Origin: Candidatus Latescibacterota bacterium
Lineage (GTDB): Bacteria; Latescibacterota; UBA2968; GCA-2709665
DNA: 64,000 nt
NCBI GenBank assembly: GCA_965248435.1
Contig: OZ252100.1
Span: forward strand, 4,864,001 to 4,928,000
Reading direction: 5' to 3'
Position 1 is the first letter of the stretch. Every line of letters begins with the position of its first letter. This document shows, in pieces, positions 26,501 through 37,483 of the stretch. The notes under the pieces are model-generated. The model saw only the letters and a program-made list of their open reading frames with translations, was not told the DNA's origin and ran no database searches. Made by a program: the position numbers and the translations under genes.

Positions 26501-27860
26501 TGCACGGCCGCCGGAACAAAGGCCGGTGATCGAGCCGGGCCATACCTACGGTTCGATCACGGACAAGATCAGCGCGATCGTGATGACCCGGCGGACGCCC
26601 CTGGGGTGGTTCGTGGGGTTCGCGATCGCCTTTTCGCTGCTTATGGTCCTGCTGATCTCTGTGACGTATCTGCTGGTGAAAGGGACCGGAATCTGGGGTC
26701 TGAACGTGCCGGTGGGGTGGGGGTTCGCGATCATCAACTTCGTCTGGTGGATCGGGATCGGTCACGCAGGCACGCTGATTTCGGCCATCCTCCTGCTCCT
26801 GCGGCAGGATTGGCGGACCTCGATCAACCGATTCGCAGAGGCGATGACGATCTTCGCCGTCTCCTGCGCGGCCCTCTTTCCGCTCCTCCACGCCGGCCGC
26901 CCCTGGCTCGCGGCCTACTGGCTACTCCCTTACCCGAATACGATGGGGCTCTGGCCTCAGTTCCGGTCCCCGTTGATCTGGGACGTGTTCGCGGTTTCGA
27001 CCTACGCAACGGTCTCGGCCCTGTTCTGGTTCGTGGGACTGATTCCCGACATGGCCACCCTACGGGACCGGACGCTGAACCGCTGGGCACGGGCGGTCTA
27101 CGGAATCCTGGCCATGGGGTGGCGGGGATCGGCGAGGCACTGGTATCGCTACGAGACGGCCTATCTGCTGCTTGCCGGCCTGGCCACACCGCTCGTGATC
27201 TCGGTACATACGATCGTGAGCTTCGATTTCGCGATCGCCATCATTCCAGGCTGGCACGCCACGATCTTCCCACCCTATTTCGTGGCTGGGGCGATCTACG
27301 CCGGGTTCGCTATGGTGCTGACGCTGGCCATTCCGCTCCGGAAGGTCTACGGGCTCGAAGATTTCATCACGAACCGGCACCTGGAGAACATGGCCAAGGT
27401 CCTGCTAGCGACGGGCCTGATCGTGTTCTACGGATACGTGATGGAAGTGTTCTTTGCGTGGTACAGCGCCAGTCCGTATGAAGGCTACATGATGCAGAAC
27501 CGGATGAACGGCCCCTACGCGCACATCTACTGGATGCTGATGATTTGCAACGGCCTGGCGCCGCAGGCGATCTGGATCAGACAAGTTCGCACCAGTGCAC
27601 TGGGACTGTTTTGTGTGGCGATGTTCGTGAATCTCGGGATGTGGCTCGAGCGGTTCGTGATCGTGGTGACGAGTCTGCATCGGGATTTCATGCCCTCGTC
27701 CTGGGACATGTATTCGGGCACGGTCTGGGACTGGGGGATGTACGTGGGCTCGATCGGGCTGTTCTTTACGTTGATGTTCCTCTTTCTCAGGATCATGCCG
27801 ATGATCTCGATTTTCGAGATGCGCACCCTGGTGCCTTCCAAGCCGGAGGACCAGAAGTAG
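26493..27860 (+). CDS. actC: ACIII NrfD/PsrC-family quinol-binding subunit
   Basis: FVWWIGIGHAGTLISA, R.SINRFAEAMT, SPLIWDVFA, SVHTIVS.DFA, GMWLERFVI. Confidence 0.95.
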   Translation: MASARPPEQRPVIEPGHTYGSITDKISAIVMTRRTPLGWFVGFAIAFSLLMVLLISVTYLLVKGTGIWGLNVPVGWGFAIINFVWWIGIGHAGTLISAILLLLRQDWRTSINRFAEAMTIFAVSCAALFPLLHAGRPWLAAYWLLPYPNTMGLWPQFRSPLIWDVFAVSTYATVSALFWFVGLIPDMATLRDRTLNRWARAVYGILAMGWRGSARHWYRYETAYLLLAGLATPLVISVHTIVSFDFAIAIIPGWHATIFPPYFVAGAIYAGFAMVLTLAIPLRKVYGLEDFITNRHLENMAKVLLATGLIVFYGYVMEVFFAWYSASPYEGYMMQNRMNGPYAHIYWMLMICNGLAPQAIWIRQVRTSALGLFCVAMFVNLGMWLERFVIVVTSLHRDFMPSSWDMYSGTVWDWGMYVGSIGLFFTLMFLFLRIMPMISIFEMRTLVPSKPEDQK

Positions 27861-27900
27861 GAATGTTACTCGTCTCGTGAGCTGAGTAAGGTAAGACCCC

Positions 27901-28440
27901 ATGAATGAGAAACCGCATCTCTACGGGTTGATGGCCGATTTCAACAGTCCGGAAGACCTGGTCAAGGCGACTGAACGCGCCTATGGGGCAGGCTACCGGA
28001 AGATGGATGGCTACAGCCCGATGCCGATCGAGGGCCTGGCCGAGGCGCTGGGTTTCACTCGGACCGGCCTTCCGGCCCTCGTCCTGCTCGGCGGTCTGCT
28101 CGGCGGGCTCGCGGGCTACCTGCTCCAGTATTACACCGCAGTGATCGACTATCCGATGAACGTGGGCGGAAGGCCGTTTCACAGCTGGCCGGCGTTCATA
28201 CCGGTGACGTTCGAGATGACCATCCTTGCGGCCGCGGGCGCGGCCGTGTTCGGAATGCTGGCCCTGAACGGCTTACCCATGCCCTATCATCCCGTGTTCA
28301 ACGTGGAGAGTTTCAAACTGGCGACACGAGACCAGTTCTTCCTCTGTATCGAGTCTGTCGATGCACAGTTCGATCTCGTGGAAACGAGAAGGTTTCTGGA
28401 GGGCCTGAATCCTGTCGAGGTGTCGGAAGTTGAGCCATAA
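27901..28440 (+). CDS. actD: ACIII subunit D (DUF3341)
   Basis: YSPMPIEGL, NVGGRP..SWPAFIPVTFE.TIL. Confidence 0.92.
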   Translation: MNEKPHLYGLMADFNSPEDLVKATERAYGAGYRKMDGYSPMPIEGLAEALGFTRTGLPALVLLGGLLGGLAGYLLQYYTAVIDYPMNVGGRPFHSWPAFIPVTFEMTILAAAGAAVFGMLALNGLPMPYHPVFNVESFKLATRDQFFLCIESVDAQFDLVETRRFLEGLNPVEVSEVEP

Positions 28441-29041
28441 GGGAGCCGGCTTGAGATTCGTGTGGCGGTTCCTCATTTGCCTGACGCTGAGCGCGGGGTG
28501 CCGGGGAGAGACCGGCCTGGAACAGCTCAGACAGGCCATGTTCGACCAGCCGCGTTACGAGCCGCTCGAAGCGAGCGCCTTTTTCAAGGATGGCCGATCT
28601 GCGCGTCCCCAGGTAAGGGGCACGGTCGCGCGCGGCCAGCTCCGCGCAGACCCCCATCTCTACACAGGCAAGGTCGGCGATGATCTGGCGACGACATTCC
28701 CGTTTCCGGTGACGATGGAAGTCATCCAGCGCGGTCGCGAGCGATACGAAATTTTCTGTACGCCCTGTCACGACCGGGCCGGCACCGGAAAGGGTATGGT
28801 TGTGAGGCGGGGATTCAAGCCACCTCCATCGCTCCACATAGACCGCCTGCGGGAAGAGCCTGTCGGACATTTCTACGACGTGATGGCGAGCGGTTACGGA
28901 ACCATGGCCAGCTACGCCTCCAGGATTACGCCGGTGGACAGGTGGGCGATCGTCTCATACATTCGCGCGCTGCAGCTGAGCCAGCACGCTGGAATCGAAG
29001 ACCTGCCGGAAGCAGAACGCAGGCGACTCGAAGCGGAGTAG
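28430..29041 (+). CDS. actE: ACIII monoheme cytochrome c lipoprotein
   Basis: Lipobox LSAGC, M.DQPRY, CTPCH, DRWAIV.YIRALQ. Confidence 0.92.
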   Translation: MSHKGAGLRFVWRFLICLTLSAGCRGETGLEQLRQAMFDQPRYEPLEASAFFKDGRSARPQVRGTVARGQLRADPHLYTGKVGDDLATTFPFPVTMEVIQRGRERYEIFCTPCHDRAGTGKGMVVRRGFKPPPSLHIDRLREEPVGHFYDVMASGYGTMASYASRITPVDRWAIVSYIRALQLSQHAGIEDLPEAERRRLEAE

Positions 29042-29045
29042 GTAA

Positions 29046-30245
29046 GTGGCGCAAGCAGAGTCAATAGATCACCCTTTTATAGACCAGATTCAGAGGCGGT
29101 CGCTTCTCGTCGGCGTCGTGGCCCTGGCCGCGTGTGTCGCGGGCGCCCTGCTGAGTCCCGAGCAGTTCTTTCGGTCGTATCTGTTCGGGTACCTTTTCTG
29201 GATTGGGATCGCATTGGGAAGCATCGCCCTGGTCATGCTGCACCACATGGTCGGGGGAGGCTGGGGCTTCCTGATCCGCCGTCTGCTCGAGGCGGCGTCC
29301 CGAACCATGCCGCTGATGGCCCTGCTGTTCATCCCGATCCTGGCCGGGATGCATTACATATATATATGGACGCACGCAGACCTTGTGGCCGTCGATGAGG
29401 TCCTGCAGCATAAGCAGTCCTATCTCAATGTCCCTTTCTTCATCGCCCGGGCCGTGGTCTACTTCCTGATCTGGACCGGGATGGTCTTCTTCCTGAACCG
29501 GTGGTCTCTCGAGCAGGACCGTACTGGAGACCTCTCTCTGAGCCGGCGACTGCAGATGTTGAGCGGCCCCGGCCTGCTGCTCTACGGGATCACGGTCACC
29601 TTCGCATCGATCGACTGGGTGATGTCTCTAGAGCCGCACTGGTTTTCGACTATCTACGGCCTCCTTTTCATCATCGGCCAGGCCCTGGCCACGATGGCGC
29701 TGGCGATCGTGATGGTGGCCAAGCTATCTGACCGGAAGCCGCTGTCAGATCTGGCGTCACCCAAGCACCTGAGGGATCTCGGGACCCTGATGTTCGCCTT
29801 CGTGATGCTGTGGGCCTACTTTTCTTTTTCGCAGTGGCTGATCATCTGGGCCGGAGATCTTCCGGAGGAGAATTCCTGGTATCTGAGCCGAATCAAGGGG
29901 GGCTGGGGGTGGATCGCGCTGGGGGTGATTCTGTTTCACTTCGTGCTTCCGTTCTCGCTTCTGCTTTCCCGACAGATCAAGCGTCGGGCAAAGGTGATGA
30001 TGGGTGTCGCCATCGGGATGCTATTCATGCGGCTGGTGGACCTGTTCTGGATCGTCACCCCTGCATTCGGCAGCCACGGATCCCATTCGGCGCCCGTGCA
30101 CATCCACTGGATGGATCTGGCGGCGCCGATCGGCATCGGTGGGCTCTGGCTGGCATTTTTCGCCTGGCAGCTGAAGGGGAAGTCACTGATACCGATCAAA
30201 GACCCCGGGCTTGAAGAAGCGCTGGCTTCTGCGGAGGGCCATTAG
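29046..30245 (+). CDS. actF: ACIII membrane subunit F
   Basis: DWVMSLEPHWFSTIYG, DLG.LMFAF..LWAY..FSQ.LIIW. Confidence 0.92.
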   Translation: MAQAESIDHPFIDQIQRRSLLVGVVALAACVAGALLSPEQFFRSYLFGYLFWIGIALGSIALVMLHHMVGGGWGFLIRRLLEAASRTMPLMALLFIPILAGMHYIYIWTHADLVAVDEVLQHKQSYLNVPFFIARAVVYFLIWTGMVFFLNRWSLEQDRTGDLSLSRRLQMLSGPGLLLYGITVTFASIDWVMSLEPHWFSTIYGLLFIIGQALATMALAIVMVAKLSDRKPLSDLASPKHLRDLGTLMFAFVMLWAYFSFSQWLIIWAGDLPEENSWYLSRIKGGWGWIALGVILFHFVLPFSLLLSRQIKRRAKVMMGVAIGMLFMRLVDLFWIVTPAFGSHGSHSAPVHIHWMDLAAPIGIGGLWLAFFAWQLKGKSLIPIKDPGLEEALASAEGH

Positions 30246-30249
30246 GACT

Positions 30250-30663
30250 ATGAGTGAACCGACCCACAACGAGACGTCAGCTGACAGCATCGACAAGGGC
30301 TACGAGGTTTCCGATGCGAGGATCTCTCCTCTGATCATCTCCGGGATCGTTCTGCTTTTGATAATGCTCCTGGGCATCGGACTGATGGCCGGGATGTTCG
30401 ATCTTCTGGCAAGCCTCGGGTCAGACAATAGACCGCAGCTTCCTGCGACCGCGGCGTTTCGCGCGCCGCCACCCGGGCCGCGTCTACAAACGGACCCTTC
30501 AGAGGAACTCGTGGGACAGCGGGCTGAGGAGGCCGCCCTTCTGACGCACTACGAGTGGGTGGACCGCAGCAACGGTGTCGTCCGAATTCCTGTGGCGCGG
30601 GCCATGGCGCTCCTTGCCGACCGCGGGCTTCCGGCAAGGGGTCAAAAGGGGGGAGGAAGATGA
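30250..30663 (+). CDS. Single-TM protein, ActG-like
   Basis: GYE.SDA, one TM helix, PPPGPRLQ, Y.WVD...GVVRIPV.RAM; position directly after actF. Confidence 0.75.
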   Translation: MSEPTHNETSADSIDKGYEVSDARISPLIISGIVLLLIMLLGIGLMAGMFDLLASLGSDNRPQLPATAAFRAPPPGPRLQTDPSEELVGQRAEEAALLTHYEWVDRSNGVVRIPVARAMALLADRGLPARGQKGGGR

Positions 30664-31490
30664 GGGCAGGCCGCGGTGGGATCCGTCTCCTGGCCTGCTG
30701 CATCCTCTGCCTGCTATGCGCGTTTACGGCGAGCGGGCAGCAGAGGGTGCAGACCGTTTTGAGTGAGGTCGGCATCGATCAAAGGCTTGGGGACGCAATC
30801 CCCCTGGACCTGGCCTTCCGAAACGAGGCCGGCGAAGCAGTTCGGTTGGGCGACTATCTCGGGGAAAAGCCGGCCATTCTCTCACTGGTCTATTACGAAT
30901 GTCCGATGCTCTGCACTCAGATCTTGAACGGTCTTCTGGCCAGCCTTCGGGTGCTTTCATTCGATGTCGGGAGCGAGTTCGAAGTGATCACGGTAAGTTT
31001 TGACCCTGAAGAGACTGCGGACCTCGCCCGGGAGAAGAAGGAATCTTATGTAGGAAGATACGGGCGAAAGGGCGCGGCTTCGGGATGGCACTTCCTCACC
31101 GGGGATTCGGCCTCGATCGAGGCGCTGACCCGGGCGGTCGGGTTTCGATATGTCTATGATCCGGGTTCCGAGCTGTTTGCGCACGCCAGCGGGGTGATGG
31201 TCCTGACTCCGGAAGGCAGACTGTCCCGCTATTTTTACGGCATCGAGTACGCACCGAGAGACCTGCGACTGGGGTTGATCGAGGCCTCTGCGAACGAGAT
31301 CGGAACGGCCGTGGACGAGGTGCTCCTTTACTGCTTCAGGTACGATCCAAGCTCAGGAAAGTACAGCCTGGTCATCATGAACGTGGTCCGACTGGCGGGC
31401 ATCGCGACGGTCGGGCTGCTGGGTGGGTTCGTGTTCATCATGCTTCGACGCGAACGACGCCAGAGCGGTGGGCCTGTTGGCGCTGCTTAA
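30660..31490 (+). CDS. SCO family copper chaperone
   Basis: YYECPMLC, TVSFDP, W.FLTG, FAH.SG, C-terminal TM helix. Confidence 0.92.
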   Translation: MRAGRGGIRLLACCILCLLCAFTASGQQRVQTVLSEVGIDQRLGDAIPLDLAFRNEAGEAVRLGDYLGEKPAILSLVYYECPMLCTQILNGLLASLRVLSFDVGSEFEVITVSFDPEETADLAREKKESYVGRYGRKGAASGWHFLTGDSASIEALTRAVGFRYVYDPGSELFAHASGVMVLTPEGRLSRYFYGIEYAPRDLRLGLIEASANEIGTAVDEVLLYCFRYDPSSGKYSLVIMNVVRLAGIATVGLLGGFVFIMLRRERRQSGGPVGAA

Positions 31491-31537
31491 GGACTAGATA
31501 TGGCCTTTCACCAGACATTGAGGCATTTCGTTTAGGT

Positions 31538-32467
31538 ATGTGGACAGATTTCTCTCTCTTTCCACCGAGCGCTTCGACGTTTGCGGACAGCGTAGACGCC
31601 CTCTACTTCGTTCTGATCGCGCTCAGTCTCTTTTTTTCGACGGGCATCTTCGTCACGATCTTTGTCTTCGCGATTCGATACCGTCGCCGCTCGGAGGACT
31701 ACCGGCCCCCCGCAGTCGAAGGCAACCTGAAACTGGAGCTCACCTGGTCGCTCATCCCCCTGGGCTTGGCCATGGTCATTTTCGTGTGGGGCGCGACGCT
31801 CTATTTCTCGATTTACAACCCACCTGCCGACGCGATGGAGATCTACGTTGTGGGGAAACAGTGGATGTGGAAGGTGCAGCATCCACAAGGGAAGCGAGAG
31901 ATCAACAGCCTGCACGTCCCGATCGGTCAGCCCGTGCGTCTCACGATGACCTCGGAAGATGTGATCCACGACTTTTTCATCCCGGCGTTTCGAGTCAAGA
32001 TGGATGTCCTGCCTGGACGCTACACGACGATGTGGTTCGAGGCCACGAAGGCGGGCGTCTATCACCTTTTCTGCGCGGAGTACTGCGGCACAAAACACTC
32101 CAAGATGATCGGACAGGTGATCGCGATGGAGCCTGCCGACTACTCCGCGTGGCTGGGCGGTGAATCCGGGGAACCGATGGAGGTCGCAGGAGAACGTCTG
32201 TTCCAGGAGCGCGGCTGTGCGACCTGTCACCGAGACGACAAGGAGGGACGCGGTCCGGCGCTGGACGGGCTGTTCGGTGAGACGCTTCGGCTGCAGGGCG
32301 GTGGGACCGTGGTGATGGATGAGGGCTACATACGGGAGTCGATCTTGAATCCAAATGCGAGGCTGATGGTGGGCTACAAGCCGCTCATGCCCGCGTTCGC
32401 TGGTCAGATCAGCGAGGAAGGTATACTGCAGCTCATCGCCTACATCAAGTCGCTCGGAGAGGATTGA
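31538..32467 (+). CDS. ctaC: Cytochrome c oxidase subunit II with fused cytochrome c (caa3 type)
   Basis: DVIH, CuA motif CAEYCGTKHSKM, C-terminal CATCH. Confidence 0.95.
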   Translation: MWTDFSLFPPSASTFADSVDALYFVLIALSLFFSTGIFVTIFVFAIRYRRRSEDYRPPAVEGNLKLELTWSLIPLGLAMVIFVWGATLYFSIYNPPADAMEIYVVGKQWMWKVQHPQGKREINSLHVPIGQPVRLTMTSEDVIHDFFIPAFRVKMDVLPGRYTTMWFEATKAGVYHLFCAEYCGTKHSKMIGQVIAMEPADYSAWLGGESGEPMEVAGERLFQERGCATCHRDDKEGRGPALDGLFGETLRLQGGGTVVMDEGYIRESILNPNARLMVGYKPLMPAFAGQISEEGILQLIAYIKSLGED

Positions 32468-32488
32468 TATGGACAGGGGGCCCGGAAG

Positions 32489-34135
32489 ATGAGTTCGGCA
32501 GCACCCGAACAGGCTGGAGTGAAACGCACCTCTCGTCTGAACTACCTGACCGCTGACTACGGGATCCGGTCGTGGCTCCTGGCGACGGACCACAAGCGCA
32601 TCGCGCTCCTGTATCTGGTGTCGATTACGCTCTTCTTCATTCTGGGCGGTCTTTTCGCTGTCCTGATCCGCCTGGAACTGCTGACGCCGCAGGGCGACCT
32701 GATGCAGGCCGAGACCTACAACAGGATGTTTACGATGCACGGGGTCATGATGATCTTCTTCTTCCTGATCCCGTCCATCCCGGCCGTACTGGGGAACTTT
32801 CTGATCCCGATCATGATCGGTGCGAAGGACCTTGCCTTCCCGAGGGTGAATCTGCTCAGCTGGTACATCTACACCATCGGGGGGGGCCTTGCGTTGTGGG
32901 CCATGGCGGCAGGAGGCGTAGACACAGGATGGACTTTTTACACGCCCTACAGCAGTACGTACTCCAATTCACACGTGATCCTGACGGCCCTTGGCGCCTT
33001 CACCGCCGGGTTTTCTTCGATCCTGACGGGACTCAACTTCATCGTCACGATCCACAAGATGCGGGCGCCAGGAATGACCTGGTTCCGGCTGCCCCTGTTC
33101 GTCTGGGCGCACTATGCGACGAGCATCATCCAGATTCTGGGGACGCCGGTCCTGGCGATTACGATCGTACTTGTCGCCCTGGAAAGGGCTTTCCGGATCG
33201 GCGTGTTCGATCCAGCCCTTGGCGGGGATCCCGTGCTGTTTCAACATCTGTTCTGGTTCTACTCTCACCCCGCAGTCTACATCATGATCCTTCCGGGGAT
33301 GGGCGTGGTGAGCGAACTCGTGACCTGTTACTCCCGAAAGCGAATCTTCGGCTATCGTTTCATCGCGTTCTCCAGCCTTGCGATCGCCGTGCTCGGGTTC
33401 CTGGTGTGGGGACACCATATGTTCGTGAGCAGCCAGTCCATCTACGCGGGTATGGTCTTCTCCGTGCTGAGCTTTCTCGTGGCGGTCCCTTCGGCCATCA
33501 AGGTCTTCAACTGGACGGCCACGCTCTACAAAGGTTCTATCTCGTATGAATCTCCCATGCTTTACGCCATGGGTTTCATCGGTCTGTTCACTTTCGGGGG
33601 CTTGACGGGGCTCTTTCTGTCCTCCCTGGCGATGGACATCCATCTTCACGACACCTATTTCATCGTGGCCCACTTTCACTACATCATGGTCGGCGGGGCC
33701 ATTATGGCCTATTTGGGTGGGATCCATTTCTGGTGGCCAAAAATCGTCGGCCGGCTCTACCCCGAAGGGTGGGCGCGCTTTTCGGCGCTCATGATCTATG
33801 TGGGGTTCAACCTGACTTTTTTCCCTCAGTTCATCCTGGGATACCTTGGTATGCCGAGACGGTACCACGCCTATCCGGATGAGTTCCAGGTTCTGAACGT
33901 GATGTCGACCGCGGGTGCATCGATCCTCGCGGTCGGATACGTCATCCCGCTCGTCTACCTGCTCTGGTCGCTGCGCTACGGAAAGGTTGCCGGTCCGAAT
34001 CCGTGGGGGGCGAGGGGGCTGGAGTGGCAGACGCACTCGCCGCCGCCGACGTTCAACTTCGACGAGACGCCTGTCGTGACGCAGGAAGCCTACGCATACG
34101 ATGTCGAGATCGGGGAGGAGGCTAAGCGTGCCTGA
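32489..34135 (+). CDS. ctaD: Cytochrome c oxidase subunit I (type A2)
   Basis: [43 protein letters not shown]. Confidence 0.97.
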   Translation: MSSAAPEQAGVKRTSRLNYLTADYGIRSWLLATDHKRIALLYLVSITLFFILGGLFAVLIRLELLTPQGDLMQAETYNRMFTMHGVMMIFFFLIPSIPAVLGNFLIPIMIGAKDLAFPRVNLLSWYIYTIGGGLALWAMAAGGVDTGWTFYTPYSSTYSNSHVILTALGAFTAGFSSILTGLNFIVTIHKMRAPGMTWFRLPLFVWAHYATSIIQILGTPVLAITIVLVALERAFRIGVFDPALGGDPVLFQHLFWFYSHPAVYIMILPGMGVVSELVTCYSRKRIFGYRFIAFSSLAIAVLGFLVWGHHMFVSSQSIYAGMVFSVLSFLVAVPSAIKVFNWTATLYKGSISYESPMLYAMGFIGLFTFGGLTGLFLSSLAMDIHLHDTYFIVAHFHYIMVGGAIMAYLGGIHFWWPKIVGRLYPEGWARFSALMIYVGFNLTFFPQFILGYLGMPRRYHAYPDEFQVLNVMSTAGASILAVGYVIPLVYLLWSLRYGKVAGPNPWGARGLEWQTHSPPPTFNFDETPVVTQEAYAYDVEIGEEAKRA

Positions 34136-34769
34136 ACACCCGGCCCTTGCCCATCATTTCGAGGACATGGACCAACAGAAGGAGTGCGCCACGCTGGGGA
34201 TGTGGGCGTTTCTGGTCACAGAGGTGCTCTTCTTCGGCGGACTGTTCACGGTCTACATGGTCTACCGATTCTCATACCCGGCGGCGTTCGCTGAGGGCAG
34301 TCATCACCTGGACATCGCGCTTGGCGGGTTCAACACCGCAGTCCTGATCGGGAGCAGCTTGACGATGGCGTTTGCCGTACGCGCAGGACAGCGGGGCAAT
34401 CCGAGGCATATCGTGATTTTTTTGTTGTTGACGATGCTCCTGGGCGGGGTGTTTCTGGGCGTGAAGGCGGTTGAGTACTCGCACAAGTGGCACGAGCATC
34501 TCGTGCCTGGTAAGTATTTCCAGTATGAAGGGCCACTGTCCGGCCAGGTCCAGCTTTTCTTCGCGCTCTACTTCGCGATGACGGGGATGCACGCCTTACA
34601 CATGGTGATCGGTGCCGGGCTGATGATCTGGCTGATTGTGAAGACGCTTCGAGGCCGCTTTTCCGCGGCCTATTATTCTCCGGTAGAGATGGTCGGGCTC
34701 TACTGGCACTTCGTGGACATCGTCTGGATCTTCCTTTTCCCACTCCTATACTTGATCGGGCGACACTGA
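34128..34769 (+). CDS. ctaE: Cytochrome c oxidase subunit III
   Basis: [32 protein letters not shown]. Confidence 0.95.
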   Translation: MPEHPALAHHFEDMDQQKECATLGMWAFLVTEVLFFGGLFTVYMVYRFSYPAAFAEGSHHLDIALGGFNTAVLIGSSLTMAFAVRAGQRGNPRHIVIFLLLTMLLGGVFLGVKAVEYSHKWHEHLVPGKYFQYEGPLSGQVQLFFALYFAMTGMHALHMVIGAGLMIWLIVKTLRGRFSAAYYSPVEMVGLYWHFVDIVWIFLFPLLYLIGRH

Positions 34770-35086
34770 TGTCGGACCACTCGATCCCCAAATCGGTCTA
34801 CTATCTGATATTTCTTGCACTCCTCGTCTTTACGGGTGTGACGATTGCCGTGGCCTTCGTAGACCTGGGTCCTCTGAACACGGTGGTGGCGATTTCGATC
34901 GCTGTGTTCAAGGGCCTCCTGGTCGTGCTCTACTTCATGCACGTGCGATACAGCAGCCGGCTGACGTGGGTATTTGCGGGCGCGGGGTTCTTCTGGCTGA
35001 TCATTCTGTTTGTGTTGACGATGGCCGATTTTGTGAGCAGAGACTGGTTGAGTCTTCCGATCAGCGATTTTCTTTCTCAGCGATAA
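34769..35086 (+). CDS. ctaF: Cytochrome c oxidase subunit IV
   Basis: Three TM helices, K..LVVLYFMHV motif. Confidence 0.88.
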   Translation: MSDHSIPKSVYYLIFLALLVFTGVTIAVAFVDLGPLNTVVAISIAVFKGLLVVLYFMHVRYSSRLTWVFAGAGFFWLIILFVLTMADFVSRDWLSLPISDFLSQR

Positions 35087-35190
35087 ACTCGGGAAGTTCT
35101 TTTCGTGGATGGGGAGGCATTTGTTATGCCTCCCTGTTTACATGTATAGATGTATCGACGGGAGTCTTTTTCGATTAGGAGCTTGAGGAC

Positions 35191-35985
35191 ATGCGAAGCA
35201 ATCGACTTCGAGAACGATTGAATGCAGGCGAGCCCAGCCTGGGAACGCGAATCCAGATCATCGATCCGATCATTGTGGAGCTGATCGGCCACTCCGGACA
35301 GTTCGATTACGTCGAGTTTGTGGCCGAGTATGCGCCGTATGATCTCCACCTCCTCGAGAACCTGGGTCGTACGGTCGAACTTTTCGACTCGATGACCTCA
35401 ATGATGAAAGTGGAGCAGGAACTTCGGGCCTATCTCGCATCACGCGCGATCGGTGCGGGGATTCAGAACGTCCTCTATTCAGATGTGAGGACCGTGGCGG
35501 ATGTGCAAGATTGCGTGCGCGCCGTGAGGGCTGAAACGCCTGGAACGGGCGGCCAGCACGGCACCTCCCTGCGTCGCGGTGCGGGATTCGTCCAGGATTA
35601 CGGCGCTCCAGCCTTTGTTCAGGCGATGGAGGACGTGGTGATCGCGCTGATGATCGAGAAGGCCGAAGCGATCGAAGATCTGGAGGCACTGCTTTCGGTC
35701 AAAGGGGTCGATATGGTCCAGTTCGGACCCGGGGACTATTCGTTGAGCATCGGGCACCCCGGGCAGTACGATCATCCAGAGGTAGTTAAGGCGGAAGCGC
35801 ACGTGATCGAGACCGCGTTAAAGATGGGGATCGCTCCACGGGCAGAGATCTACACCCCCGAGCAAGCAGACAAGTACATCGAAATGGGTGTGAAGCACTT
35901 CTGCATCGGTCTGGATGTCTTCCTCCTGCGAGACTGGTTCAAGTCGGCCGGGAAGAGGATGGGGGAAATTCTGGCCAAGCTGTAG
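35191..35985 (+). CDS. HpcH/HpaI aldolase family protein
   Basis: N.LRERL.AG, FDYVEF.AEY, MIEK, FGPGDYS.S.G. Confidence 0.88.
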   Translation: MRSNRLRERLNAGEPSLGTRIQIIDPIIVELIGHSGQFDYVEFVAEYAPYDLHLLENLGRTVELFDSMTSMMKVEQELRAYLASRAIGAGIQNVLYSDVRTVADVQDCVRAVRAETPGTGGQHGTSLRRGAGFVQDYGAPAFVQAMEDVVIALMIEKAEAIEDLEALLSVKGVDMVQFGPGDYSLSIGHPGQYDHPEVVKAEAHVIETALKMGIAPRAEIYTPEQADKYIEMGVKHFCIGLDVFLLRDWFKSAGKRMGEILAKL

Positions 35986-36119
35986 TCCGGGTACCGGGTA
36001 CTGAGAATCCGGGGATCGTGGATCGTGCGTCGTGTCCTTTCGGACACGACAGGATCGTCGTTCGGCGTATCATATTCGGGGACCGGATCGAATGGTAGTA
36101 TTCGGGTAAATAAAGAGCC

Positions 36120-36144
36120 GTAAGGGCGAACCTTGTGTTCGCCC
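36120..36144 (+). repeat. REP-like palindrome GTAAGGGCGAACCTTGTGTTCGCCC
   Basis: GTA(A/G) leader followed by a GGGCGAAC/GTTCGCCC stem. Confidence 0.6.
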
Positions 36145-36184
36145 CAGACCAATGCAGGGCCCAATTCAATGGGTCCCCAATAAC

Positions 36185-37357
36185 ATGCGCGCATTCAATT
36201 ACGAAAAGCTAACCAGCGCGATGCGTGACGCCGGCATCGACCTGCTGCTGGCAAGCAGCCAGGCCAGTGTCGGCTACCTGGCCGATCTGACCTGGTACCC
36301 CTCTATAAATCCCAGCTACCTGAGTGAGGACGGCCGAACCTACTACGCCAGCTTCGTGGGTCTGCTGCCCGACGGGCCGGAATCTGCCTTCTTCATCGGT
36401 TTCTCGAACGAGTCTATGGTTGTCGAGTGGCAGGACCCGTGGATTAAAGACCGGAGATATGCCGGGGCCAGCTTCCACGTGGAGGGCGGGGGTGATGATG
36501 TCGGGGGAGCGGCCGACCCAGCCAAAGTATTGGCTCAAACCATCACGGAAAAGGGTGCCGAGAACGGCAACATCGGGATCGAGTGGGAGCAGATACGGGT
36601 GGGGACGTTCGAGAGGCTCAAGCGGCTTCTGCCGAACACGACTTTTCAGGATTGCGATGAGATCCTATGGGAACTTCGTGCGGTGAAGTGCGAGGAAGAG
36701 ATCGCGCGAATGAGAAAGGCGGCCGAGGGTTGCAGTCTCGCGGCGGACGAGGCCTATCGAGGGCTCGAGGAAGGCATGACCGAGCTGGAATGGGAGCGCG
36801 TCGTCGTCGACCGGATCCAGAAGGCTGAATTAAGACACGAATACACCGAGATCGCCTTCGGCCCGAAGGGCGCCTACCTGGTGGAGCCGACGGACAACCG
36901 TCTTCAACGGGGCCACATGGCTCGATTGGACATCGGGGGGAGTTATCAGGGGTACCAATCCGACCTCTCGCGGTCCATGGCCTTCGGGAAGGTGAGCGAA
37001 GATGCCCGGAAGGCACAAGCTTCGATAATCCGGATCAATCAGGCCCTTCGTTCGGCGGTCCGGCCGGGTGTGAAATGCTCGGAACTCTACCGGACGTGCA
37101 TGGGGATGTTCGCTGATGAAGGGCTCACCTCGTTGACGAGCCAGGCCGGGCACGCCCTCGGACGCGCGGTGCACGAGCCGCCGTTCCTGGTCGAGTCGAA
37201 TGAAAGGGCCCTGGAACCGGGCATGGTCATCAACGTGGAGCCGACGGTGCGCATCAAGGGCATCGGGTCCGTGAATATCGAAGATACGCTCGTGGTTCGA
37301 GAGGGTGAGCCCGAGTGCCTGACGACGGTGCCGAGGGAACTGGAACATTATGGATGA
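36185..37357 (+). CDS. M24 family Xaa-Pro peptidase
   Basis: Metal ligands in D.G...GY.SD.SR, GH.LG..VHE.P, NVEP and NIED. Confidence 0.9.
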   Translation: MRAFNYEKLTSAMRDAGIDLLLASSQASVGYLADLTWYPSINPSYLSEDGRTYYASFVGLLPDGPESAFFIGFSNESMVVEWQDPWIKDRRYAGASFHVEGGGDDVGGAADPAKVLAQTITEKGAENGNIGIEWEQIRVGTFERLKRLLPNTTFQDCDEILWELRAVKCEEEIARMRKAAEGCSLAADEAYRGLEEGMTELEWERVVVDRIQKAELRHEYTEIAFGPKGAYLVEPTDNRLQRGHMARLDIGGSYQGYQSDLSRSMAFGKVSEDARKAQASIIRINQALRSAVRPGVKCSELYRTCMGMFADEGLTSLTSQAGHALGRAVHEPPFLVESNERALEPGMVINVEPTVRIKGIGSVNIEDTLVVREGEPECLTTVPRELEHYG

Positions 37358-37364
37358 AGAAAGG

Positions 37365-37468
37365 CGCGAGTGTTGGGAATTGGAGTAATGGAGTAATGGG
37401 ATGGCAAGGTTAGAATGTCAGTTGTCCAATACTCCAACACTCCACTACTGCAATACTCCAGAATCGCG
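37365..37468. repeat. Octamer-periodic palindromic repeat (GGAGTAAT/ATACTCCA), copy 1
   Basis: GAGTGTTGG..TGGAGTAATGGAGTAATGG arm and complementary CCAATACTCCAACACTCC arm. Confidence 0.85.
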
Positions 37469-37483
37469 GAGAATGACGCGGCA

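Noticed and set aside
37415-37483. N-terminal extension of the 2-hydroxyacid dehydrogenase given in the ORF track
   Set aside because: It is translated repeat sequence; the real start is more likely the ATG at 37484.
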